Shown: positions 7,004 through 13,916 of the stretch, piece after piece
Position numbering within the stretch: the stretch's first letter is position 1
Layout of the letters: every line of letters begins with the position of its first letter
NCBI GenBank assembly: GCA_030649735.1
Contig: JAUSFL010000048.1
Coordinates: 1-20,883, forward strand
Direction: 5' to 3'
Length of the DNA stretch: 20,883 nt
From: Candidatus Iainarchaeum sp.
Lineage (GTDB): Archaea; Iainarchaeota; Iainarchaeia; Iainarchaeales; UBA10191
Made by a program: the position numbers and the translations under genes
Notes under the pieces: generated by a model
What the model saw: only the letters and a program-made list of their open reading frames with translations
What the model was told of the DNA's origin: nothing
Databases searched by the model: none

Positions 7004-7678
7004 ATGGATGAAAGAAAACTCCGCGTAGTAAAGTTTTTCGCAATCATTTACATTCTCTTCGGGCTTTCAATAATCTACCTATTGCACTTCAACACTGGAA
7101 TTGAGATTTCAGGAAAGCCAAGCGGCAAAGGCCTTGAAATCACAGTGAAAAACTCAAGCCTTCACTTGATTCGCGACTTGAATGTTTCAATAATCGACCA
7201 AAGCAATTCCGAATCAAGCATCCTGTCGCTTGCAGAATTAAGCCCAGCCGCTGAAAAAAAAGTCGTAATTCCGGGAATCCACAGCGCTAATGGAATAATA
7301 ACAATCAAGGCCAACGCAATGTACCATTTGGAAGTCCTGAAGCAAATTAAAATTGAGGGGGCTCAAGATCAAAATGAGGAAGTCAGCGCAGTTCTTGAAG
7401 GCCCAAACAAGACTTTCGTGAACACCCAGACAAGATTCAAAATCACAATCTGTGCCGCTAAATTGGAAAACCAATCAGTGAAAATAACCCCTGATTTGGA
7501 AAGCGCTTTCTTTACAGCAGCGCAAGAGCCAAAAACCATTGAAGTCAAGGCAGGCCAATGCGGCGTTGAAGAATTCGCGTTCAGCCCGTCAAACAAGGGA
7601 AAAACAACAATAGCTTTTAATATCCAAATTGGGTCTTTAAATAAAAGGCTTGAAAAAGAAATAGAAATAATTGACTGA
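7004..7678 (+). CDS. N-terminally anchored surface protein with probable Ig-like/CARDB-like beta-sandwich domains
   Basis: One N-terminal TM, then alternating beta-strand patterns (LEITVKN...RDLNVSI; FKITIC...EVKAGQCG..EFAFSP..KGKTTI). Confidence 0.65.
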   Translation: MDERKLRVVKFFAIIYILFGLSIIYLLHFNTGIEISGKPSGKGLEITVKNSSLHLIRDLNVSIIDQSNSESSILSLAELSPAAEKKVVIPGIHSANGIITIKANAMYHLEVLKQIKIEGAQDQNEEVSAVLEGPNKTFVNTQTRFKITICAAKLENQSVKITPDLESAFFTAAQEPKTIEVKAGQCGVEEFAFSPSNKGKTTIAFNIQIGSLNKRLEKEIEIID

Positions 7679-7694
7679 AAAAAAGTGGTAAAAA

Positions 7695-8360
7695 ATGGAT
7701 GAGAAAGGCGAGGCAAGCATTCTGGAAATAATCCAAAAAATGGTGTCTGACGGAGAAAGCGAAGAGCACATTATCCAAACGCTGAAAGACCTCGGAGTAG
7801 ACCCTGAAAAAGCCAAAAGGCTGTTGCTGATTGGGCAGGCAGACACTTTCGCGCTATTGCGCAGCGAAATCGCAAAAATAGCAAAAGACGACATTGAAAA
7901 GCAAAAGCCAGAGCTCATAAAATTCATGAGCGAAGAGGCAGAAAAAGCAAACCAAAAAAGCAAGGAAAAAATAACAGCCCAAGTACTGGATGACATTCAA
8001 AAGTACGAAAAGGCAATCACGGGCCAAAGCAAAAGCTTCCAGGAGCAAATGGGAGACAACGTCCGCAAAGTCACTGAATTAAGCGACCGCGTAAAAGACG
8101 CGCTGAACGAGCTTGGAACTCAAGTCAACCAATTAAGGATTGACATGGATGAAATGAAAATCCGCGGAATAGGCTCAAGAAACAAGATTACCGGAATGAT
8201 ATTGTTCGGTTTTGGAATAGTATTCCTTCTTTTGGACTTGTACATTATTTTCTCAAAATTCATGCCCGCAGGCGCATTGTTGACTACTGACTCGCTGGTT
8301 GTAATGGTAATAATGGCAATGATAGGAATTACAATGCTCTTCATTGCGACAGTTTTCTGA
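7695..8360 (+). CDS. Coiled-coil protein with two C-terminal transmembrane helices
   Basis: Long heptad-like charged helix followed by two hydrophobic segments at the C-terminus. Confidence 0.72.
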   Translation: MDEKGEASILEIIQKMVSDGESEEHIIQTLKDLGVDPEKAKRLLLIGQADTFALLRSEIAKIAKDDIEKQKPELIKFMSEEAEKANQKSKEKITAQVLDDIQKYEKAITGQSKSFQEQMGDNVRKVTELSDRVKDALNELGTQVNQLRIDMDEMKIRGIGSRNKITGMILFGFGIVFLLLDLYIIFSKFMPAGALLTTDSLVVMVIMAMIGITMLFIATVF

Positions 8361-8364
8361 AAAA

Positions 8365-8799
8365 CTATTTTATCAAATCCAAGTTTCCATCCAGCACTAT
8401 CGGATGAAACAGCCTTATTTCTTCAGCATAAGGAACAGCAGGAATTGGGTTCAGCAGGAAAACTTTCTTTTCAAGCCCGAAAGCAAGCCCAATTTCCAAG
8501 AACACGCTATAGCCAATGTAATTTGCAATTCCCTTCTTGGAATAATTCAGCACTAAAATTGCGTCAGATTTTTTGATCTTGGAAAAATGAAGCATTGTCA
8601 AATTGCCGGAATTGACTCTTTCAGAAATCGCGCCAGTCTCTTTTTCTTCAAGAATCTGCCGCTTTGAAATTTTTCCAGAAACTATTTTTTCGCAAGTGTC
8701 TGGAAGAAAAACCTCAAAGCCCTTGGCTTCAAGAAAGCCGGATGCTTTCTTTGCCTCTTGCGCAAACTCGCAGCTTGAGCAAACAGTAATCTTCAACAA
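8365..8799 (-). CDS. Nucleoside 2-deoxyribosyltransferase-like protein
   Basis: KITVCSS; KIKKSDAILVLN; YIGYSVFLEIGLAFGLEKKVFLLN resembles the NDT G-T-x-x-E-x-G-x-A motif. Confidence 0.68.
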   Translation of the reverse strand: MLKITVCSSCEFAQEAKKASGFLEAKGFEVFLPDTCEKIVSGKISKRQILEEKETGAISERVNSGNLTMLHFSKIKKSDAILVLNYSKKGIANYIGYSVFLEIGLAFGLEKKVFLLNPIPAVPYAEEIRLFHPIVLDGNLDLIK

Positions 8800-8806
8800 A
8801 AAGACC

Positions 8807-8938
8807 CTAGTTTTTTTTCAGCTTGTCGTATTCCTTGATGTGGTGCATTGCCTGCTCCAGGTGGTTTTTTGCACGCAATGACTTTTCCTTATTCAAGAGT
8901 TTTTGCAATTCATTCAAAACAAATTCCAGTTCAATCAT
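8807..8938 (-). CDS. Small helical hypothetical protein (43 aa); absent from the ORF track
   Basis: MIELEFVLNELQKLLNKEKSLRAKNHLEQAMHHIKEYDKLKKN*. ATG directly follows the hjc stop (TGAATG), GGAG lies upstream, and it fills the gap to the next gene. Confidence 0.62.
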   Translation of the reverse strand: MIELEFVLNELQKLLNKEKSLRAKNHLEQAMHHIKEYDKLKKN

Positions 8939-9370
8939 TCAATCAACTCCGCCGGCATTCTTTAAATTGTCAAGCAAGGACTGCTTTCCCAAAATGACAT
9001 TCAATGGAACAGCCTTCACTTTTGCAGTCTTCAGGCTGATGGTGAAGTTCTTTGGATTCCTCACAAAAGTCTCCGGCTTCAAGAAAAGCCAGCCTTTGTT
9101 AGGCACTTTCCAAGCAATGAAAAACTCAGAGCCTGCAATGGAGCACCATTGCTTTGTCGTCAAAAACTGCTCTACTGAAAGATTCAAGTAAGCCGAATCC
9201 CAGGCCTTGCACTCAAACGCGAGCTTTTTTCCATTCCCTAATGCAATCAAGTCAGGCGAAGGCAATGGAGTCACTCCAGAGCCAGCGGCGCGAACAGTGG
9301 CAAAGCCATTGTTCCACAAGACCTTGATTAATTCTCTCTCGGCATTCGCGCCCTTAGTGTAGCGAGTCAT
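8939..9370 (-). CDS. hjc: Archaeal Holliday junction resolvase Hjc
   Basis: KGANAERELIKVL, VRAAGSG, PDLIA, AFECK (PD-(D/E)xK nuclease). Confidence 0.93.
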   Translation of the reverse strand: MTRYTKGANAERELIKVLWNNGFATVRAAGSGVTPLPSPDLIALGNGKKLAFECKAWDSAYLNLSVEQFLTTKQWCSIAGSEFFIAWKVPNKGWLFLKPETFVRNPKNFTISLKTAKVKAVPLNVILGKQSLLDNLKNAGGVD

Positions 9371-9478
9371 TACTAGAGAGAGGGCGAAAAGGGATATATT
9401 AATAACTGTTTGCGTGGAATCTTACTTTATAACATTTAAAGAAAAGGCATTTTCGAGGACAAAAGAAAGTGTTTTGAT

Positions 9479-9769
9479 GTGAAAGAATTCAACGCAACTC
9501 AAAAAGGGGTTGTTTTCAAAATTCATGCTCATACCGGAAAGCCAGAATTCAAAATGAAGGCATTTTCCGAATGGCGACAGGCCTTTGAAATTGAAACAAA
9601 AGCAATGCCAGTAAAAGGCAAAGCAAATGAAGAAATTGAAAAAAAATTAAGCGAATTCTTTCAGGCAGAATGCAGGATACAGTCAGGGTTTGAAAGCAAA
9701 AACAAGACAGTTATTGCAAAAACAGCCCCTGAAAAATTCGTGCAATGCCTCAAAACACTAGTTCTCTAA
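9479..9769 (+). CDS. DUF167 / YggU (UPF0235) family protein
   Basis: AMPVKGKANEEIEKKLSEFF...IQSGFESKNKTV matches the family P-x-x-GKAN...G-x-x-S-x-x-K pattern. Confidence 0.8.
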   Translation: MKEFNATQKGVVFKIHAHTGKPEFKMKAFSEWRQAFEIETKAMPVKGKANEEIEKKLSEFFQAECRIQSGFESKNKTVIAKTAPEKFVQCLKTLVL

Positions 9770-9779
9770 AATTAAGCCC

Positions 9780-9800
9780 TTTTCTGAAAAATTCAGAAAA
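9780..9800. promoter_or_regulatory. Perfect 9-bp inverted repeat (TTTTCTGAA-aaa-TTCAGAAAA) just upstream of the dnaG SD
   Basis: Seen directly; SD AGGTGA follows at 9804-9809. Function unknown. Confidence 0.4.
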
Positions 9801-9817
9801 ATAAGGTGATTAAAAAA

Positions 9818-11314
9818 ATGGGAAAAACATACTTGGACACTGTAAAATACAACATTGTCGTAGAGTTTGAAATTAAAGGAATAGTCGACAAGCCGGACAT
9901 TATCGGGGCTGTCTTTGGGCAGAGCGAAGGCCTGCTTGGAGAAGAGCTTGACTTGCGCGAGCTGCAAAAGAATGGAAGGATTGGAAGGATCGAAATCCTG
10001 CAGACAGTAAGCCAGGGAAAAACTAATGGAACACTGACAATTCCAAGCAGCATGGACATGGTTGAAACAAGCATTCTGGCCGCGGCTGTCGAAAGCGTTG
10101 ACAAGGTCGGGCCTTTCGAAAGCAAGTTCATGACAAAAAACATTGAAGACACCAGAAACCAAAAAAGAAAAGAAATTGAAGACCGCGCAAAATTGCTCTT
10201 GAAAAAAATGATGACTGAGCAGATTCCGGACAGCCAGGAATTGACTGAAAAGATCCGCGAAGACACCAGAAGCGCTGACATTGAAGAAATAGGGCCTGAA
10301 AAAATACCTTGCGGGCCTGGCATAATGAACGAGCCGTCAATCATTGTGGTTGAAGGAAGGGCCGATGTCTTGAACCTGTTGCGCAATGGAATAAAAAACG
10401 TGATTGCAATGGGCGGCGCAAAGCCAACTCAAAGCCTCATTAACATTTGCAAGCAAAAGGAAGTCCTGCTTTTCGTTGACGGGGACAGGGGCGGAGACTT
10501 GAACGTTCGAAAAATGATGGACTTGACCCACATTGACTTCGTGGCAAAAGCGCCTGAAGGCAAGGAAGTCGAAGAGCTTGCAAGAAAAGAAATAATAATG
10601 GCATTAAGGAAAAAAATGAATGCCGAAGAATTCCTGAAAGGAAAACTAGAAACTCCGACGTTCAACAACCCAAATCACGCAAACAACTTTCATCCGGGCG
10701 GAATGCGCTTTGAAAGAAAGCCAATGGGCGGAATGAGGGAAAGAATGCCGTTGGGAAACCGCCCAATGAGGCCAGGCATTGGAAGAGCAAGACCGCCTAT
10801 GGGTGAAGAAAGAATGGGCGGAAATAGGATGGAAAACCCAATGGACAGGTTTGAAAGAAAGCCTTTTGCACCGCGCGCTTTTTCTCCAATGGAAAGACCT
10901 GAAAGGTTTGACAATTCAGCAAGCGAGGCTTTCGCAAAGCCGGACAGCCCAACGCCTAGAAGCATTGATGACTTGCCTTTCACAAGGCCGCAAGTCCAGC
11001 AACAGGCAATTGTCGCTGAAAAGGCGACCGCGGAAGAAGAGGCAGTATTCAAGCCGATAATGCAAGCCCTTAAAGGAAGCCTGAAGGCAAAATTCCTTGA
11101 CGAAAACCACAAGGAAATAAAGACAATTGAAGTCAGGGAAATGCTAAAGGCATTGGAAGCAAGCAAGAACGCCAAGACAATAATCTTTGACGGAATCATA
11201 ACAAAAAGAGTCGTTGAAGAGGCAAAGCAAAAAGGCGTTAAAACAATAATTGGCGTTAAAAAAGGGAAAATAGAAAACGAGAAAGAAATTAAACTGCTCA
11301 CAATGGCAGTTTAA
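9818..11314 (+). CDS. dnaG: Archaeal DnaG (TOPRIM primase-like, exosome-associated) with a low-complexity linker
   Basis: GIVDKPDIIGAVFGQSEGLLGEELDLRELQKNGRIGRI, TOPRIM VVEGRADV and DGDRGG, C-terminal IIFDGIITKR. ATG 9818 follows SD AGGTGA. Confidence 0.95.
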   Translation: MGKTYLDTVKYNIVVEFEIKGIVDKPDIIGAVFGQSEGLLGEELDLRELQKNGRIGRIEILQTVSQGKTNGTLTIPSSMDMVETSILAAAVESVDKVGPFESKFMTKNIEDTRNQKRKEIEDRAKLLLKKMMTEQIPDSQELTEKIREDTRSADIEEIGPEKIPCGPGIMNEPSIIVVEGRADVLNLLRNGIKNVIAMGGAKPTQSLINICKQKEVLLFVDGDRGGDLNVRKMMDLTHIDFVAKAPEGKEVEELARKEIIMALRKKMNAEEFLKGKLETPTFNNPNHANNFHPGGMRFERKPMGGMRERMPLGNRPMRPGIGRARPPMGEERMGGNRMENPMDRFERKPFAPRAFSPMERPERFDNSASEAFAKPDSPTPRSIDDLPFTRPQVQQQAIVAEKATAEEEAVFKPIMQALKGSLKAKFLDENHKEIKTIEVREMLKALEASKNAKTIIFDGIITKRVVEEAKQKGVKTIIGVKKGKIENEKEIKLLTMAV

Positions 11315-11329
11315 TTCTTTTTTAACAAT

Positions 11330-11773
11330 TTATCTTCTTTTTCTTTTCGGCCTGGCTTTTTCCTTAAAGTCCCGCTCTGCTTCCTCGACTGGAATTATCA
11401 ATTTTCCGCTCAAGTAAAGCATTACGCCAATCACCAAGACAACTGCCCACAAAAACAAGTTTGCAATAGGCTGCAGTATCATGCTCCAAAACTGCTTTGC
11501 ACTCAATGACTTTTGGTCAAGCCTTACAAAAGTTCCTGCATAATATGCGCTTTGCTGGCAAGTCAGCTTGTCGCTAAAGCTCAACGAAGCCGAAGAATTC
11601 TCAAGGCAAGTGTTCAAAAACTTTGCATTATCCCAGCTTTCAAACATTTGCGCCCCGGCATTAAAAAACATCAAAAGCGCAGCCACTATAATGAAAGCGC
11701 CGACCAATTTTGGCAAGTGAACGCTCCTTCCGCCAATCCGGAAAAACATTATTTTATGCACTGTAAAAACCAC
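11330..11773 (-). CDS. Hypothetical membrane protein (2 TM, loop with a Cys pair)
   Basis: Two hydrophobic segments flank a loop with two Cys; basic C-terminus. Start could be GTG 11761 after AGGTGG. Confidence 0.68.
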   Translation of the reverse strand: MVFTVHKIMFFRIGGRSVHLPKLVGAFIIVAALLMFFNAGAQMFESWDNAKFLNTCLENSSASLSFSDKLTCQQSAYYAGTFVRLDQKSLSAKQFWSMILQPIANLFLWAVVLVIGVMLYLSGKLIIPVEEAERDFKEKARPKRKRR

Positions 11774-11823
11774 CTTGATGCAATAAAGAAGTTTTTAGTA
11801 TTTAAACCTTACAGAAAAAACAG

Positions 11824-12234
11824 TCAAGGAATGCGCCTTGGCAAAGGCTTTCTTTTGGCAGAGTTTAGTTTTGCAGCAGGCCACGGAACCCCAGACTTGC
11901 CAAAAGCAAAATGAGAGTCAAGGCTGAAAGACTCATGCGCTTTTCCAGAATTCACTTTAATTTCAAAATGGCTTTTTTCATCACCAAAATGCCGTCTTTC
12001 TTCAATGCCCGGCCTTAAAAGAAAAACCCTGCCGGGAGCTTCATTTCTGGCGCGAACTCGCTCAATTTCCCGCATTGTTTCAGCATCTTGCGACCCGGTT
12101 TTTTTCCTTTCTTCATTTGAGGCAATGCCACGCTTTTTGTCTTTCAATCGCATGTCTTCAGCCCGAACAAGGCTTAAAGTATCCTCAAGCCGCGATTGCT
12201 TCCTAATTGGCTTTCCAGAATTATTTTTAGGCAC
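11824..12234 (-). CDS. Hypothetical basic protein with Met-Pro/Lys-Arg-rich N-terminus
   Basis: GTG start with TTTATTAA about 25 nt upstream; MPKNNSGKPIRKQSR...; fills the interval between neighbours. Confidence 0.58.
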   Translation of the reverse strand: MPKNNSGKPIRKQSRLEDTLSLVRAEDMRLKDKKRGIASNEERKKTGSQDAETMREIERVRARNEAPGRVFLLRPGIEERRHFGDEKSHFEIKVNSGKAHESFSLDSHFAFGKSGVPWPAAKLNSAKRKPLPRRIP

Positions 12235-12273
12235 GAAAAAATTACAATTTAAGAATTAATAAAACAGCCAGTT

Positions 12274-12804
12274 CTAGAATTTCAATTCTTTAAAGTCATG
12301 AATGTTAATGCCATACTTTTTGTAGACTTCTTCAACGCCGATTGAAGTCGCTTGGGATTTTTCAAATCCCAAAATATTCAAGACTTTTTCGACTTTTTCG
12401 GCACTGCCAGCCTCGATTTCCACATAAGGCGGAATTTTGGGCCAAGAGTCAATTTCAACTTCAGCGCCGTCAAGCCTGAAGCTGACGCGCTTGTTCTCTT
12501 GGTATGCTTTTGGAAAAAAGCCCAATTTGTTCAGTATGCTGTTTGCCGAGTCAAAATCGCTTACTTCAACTTCAATCTCTTTAGTTCCATCAATCTCGGA
12601 AGAATGGATTTCCTTGATTGTCAATGTTGTTTTTTCGCCATTGTCGCGCAATCGAATCCAAGAATGGCTTTTTTCAAGCCCAATGTCATAAACAAACCTG
12701 CGCATTTTCCTTTCAGCGACTTTGACAGCGCCCAAGCCATCAAGCTTTTTTTTAACAGCAGCAACATCAATGTCCAGAATCTTCACTTCAAACTCTGTCT
12801 TCAT
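12274..12804 (-). CDS. CYTH domain protein (class IV adenylate cyclase / triphosphate tunnel metalloenzyme family)
   Basis: EFEVK (ExExK), WIRLR, LTIK, EIEVEV, QENKR, IDSWP, YVEIE. ATG 12804 has a TATA-like element about 27 nt upstream. Confidence 0.88.
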   Translation of the reverse strand: MKTEFEVKILDIDVAAVKKKLDGLGAVKVAERKMRRFVYDIGLEKSHSWIRLRDNGEKTTLTIKEIHSSEIDGTKEIEVEVSDFDSANSILNKLGFFPKAYQENKRVSFRLDGAEVEIDSWPKIPPYVEIEAGSAEKVEKVLNILGFEKSQATSIGVEEVYKKYGINIHDFKELKF

Positions 12805-12858
12805 GCACTCAACCTGCAATTTAGTGTTTAAAATAATAATGCAGGATTCGGCAATTGC

Positions 12859-12866
12859 TTTATTAA
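12859..12866 (+). promoter_or_regulatory. Putative TATA box (TTTATTAA) for tRNA-Val
   Basis: Ends about 26 nt upstream of the tRNA 5' end. Confidence 0.45.
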
Positions 12867-12891
12867 AATTCTGCAGGGCAAATTATTAACC

Positions 12892-12963
12892 GGGCCTATC
12901 GTCTATCGGTTAGGATAGCGCACTTACACTGCGCTGGGGGTGGTTCAACTCCGCCTAGGCCCA
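12892..12963 (+). tRNA. tRNA-Val(TAC)
   Basis: Acceptor GGGCCTA/TAGGCCC; anticodon arm GCGCA-CTTACAC-TGCGC; T arm GGTGG-TTCAACT-CCGCC; discriminator A; no intron and no encoded CCA. Confidence 0.95.
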
Positions 12964-13013
12964 AACAACCTTTTGAGTTTTAAACAAAACGTTCGAAAAA
13001 TATTTAGCAAAAA

Positions 13014-13085
13014 GCGACTGTAGTCTAGTAGTTAGGATCGGACCTTGCCAAGGTTCAGACCCGGGTGCGATCCCCGGCAGTCGCA
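13014..13085 (+). tRNA. tRNA-Gly(GCC) with non-canonical D and T loops
   Basis: Acceptor GCGACTG/CAGTCGC; anticodon arm GGACC-TTGCCAA-GGTTC; T arm CCGGG-TGCGATC-CCCGG; D loop AGTAGTTA. Confidence 0.92.
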
Positions 13086-13108
13086 TGCCTTTAATGGCAA
13101 AATAGTTT

Positions 13109-13179
13109 GCGTCCGTAGTCTAGTGGTAGGATCAAACCCTTCCAAGGTTTTGACTCGGGTTCGAATCCCGACGGACGCA
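13109..13179 (+). tRNA. tRNA-Gly(TCC)
   Basis: Acceptor GCGTCCG/CGGACGC; anticodon arm AAACC-CTTCCAA-GGTTT; T arm TCGGG-TTCGAAT-CCCGA. Confidence 0.96.
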
Positions 13180-13190
13180 TTTTTTTCTTT
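13180..13190 (+). terminator. Oligo-T archaeal terminator after the tRNA cluster
   Basis: TTTTTTTCTTT immediately after the tRNA-Gly(TCC) discriminator. Confidence 0.5.
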
Positions 13191-13198
13191 CCTTAAAA

Positions 13199-13423
13199 TT
13201 AGAGCCTTGCCTTTCCAATCCTTAGCTTGTCAGCCATTTCAGCAAACTTGAAAGAATGCTCTTTGCTTCCATTTGACAAGGCCAAAAAATACTTCATTAG
13301 CTCATCGTCTTTCTTGAGCCAAGAGCTTGAAGAGCCTGCAAGGTAGTCCTCGTATCGTTTTTCCAGAAGAACTTCAGTCACCGCGTTTTTCTGGAATAAT
13401 TCAACCAATTCTTCAATTTTCAT
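13199..13423 (-). CDS. Small helical protein resembling a degenerate half ferritin-like/rubrerythrin domain
   Basis: AVTEVLLEKRY...LMKYFLALSNGSKEHSFKF (E...Y, then SxxH in place of ExxH); ATGA overlap with the upstream gene. Confidence 0.6.
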   Translation of the reverse strand: MKIEELVELFQKNAVTEVLLEKRYEDYLAGSSSSWLKKDDELMKYFLALSNGSKEHSFKFAEMADKLRIGKARL

Positions 13424-13635
13424 AATGGTTCCTTCAGCATTCCTTTAGAGATTTTCTTGATCATTCTTTGCACTATTTGCGCATGCGCTTTTTCTTCCAA
13501 AGCGACTTTCAAGAGCAGTTCTTTAGGCTCTCCTGAAACAAGGCTTGCCTGCTTTGTGTAGGCATTCATTCTTTCAAGCTCCATTTCAAGGCATTCGGAA
13601 AGAAACTTCACTATTTCAGACTTTGTGATTTCCAC
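13420..13635 (-). CDS. Half ferritin-like (rubrerythrin-type two-helix) protein
   Basis: LEMELERMNAY...LLKVALEEKAHAQIV: E-x6-Y plus ExxH di-iron ligand pattern in 71 aa. Confidence 0.75.
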   Translation of the reverse strand: MEITKSEIVKFLSECLEMELERMNAYTKQASLVSGEPKELLLKVALEEKAHAQIVQRMIKKISKGMLKEPL

Positions 13636-13769
13636 AATATAAAAACGCAGTAGGGGTAAAAAAAGCTATTGCCGCGGCTTCGAAAGGCGGTTTGGCGGGT
13701 TTTTTCAACAATAGCTTAAAAAACTTTAAAGGCGTTAATATTGAAAGAAAAGCCGGGGTGAATTGGAAT

Positions 13770-13910
13770 ATGGATTATTACGAAGCAAAAGACATTTTGA
13801 ACCAAAATCGGACTGGAAAGACTTTTCCAAGGGTTGTTTTGGAAGAGGCAAGGAATGAAGTGCGGAAAAAAGACAATCTCGGTTCTGTAATGAGCGCTGC
13901 AAAAAGGTAA
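13770..13910 (+). CDS. Small hypothetical protein (46 aa)
   Basis: ATG 13770 preceded by SD GGGGTGA; ends 6 nt before the NUDIX gene. The ORF-track start 13692 is probably over-extended. Confidence 0.55.
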   Translation: MDYYEAKDILNQNRTGKTFPRVVLEEARNEVRKKDNLGSVMSAAKR

Positions 13911-13916
13911 ATTTTT

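Noticed and set aside
8943-8953. 11-bp match (TCAACTCCGCC) to the tRNA-Val T arm as a possible att site
   Set aside because: Too short, does not include the tRNA 3' end, no integrase, and the interval holds core genes (hjc, dnaG).
9793-11301. Long minus-strand ORFs (197 and 203 aa) opposite dnaG, and similar ones opposite eif6, ftsY, srp54 and the pilin genes
   Set aside because: Antisense shadows rich in Phe/Ser/Leu, as expected opposite Lys/Glu-rich coding strands.
12274-12804. Calling the CYTH gene cyaB (adenylate cyclase) in a signalling or defence system
   Set aside because: Most CYTH proteins are triphosphatases, and no effector or sensor genes are adjacent.
12892-13179. Intron-containing, split or recoding tRNAs
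   Set aside because: All three fold as contiguous 71-72 nt cloverleaves with standard anticodons, and TGA, TAA and TAG all act as stops in the window.
13045-13251. 68-aa ORF starting MPRFR
   Set aside because: Overlaps two tRNA-Gly genes; not coding and not counted among the Met-Pro leader proteins.
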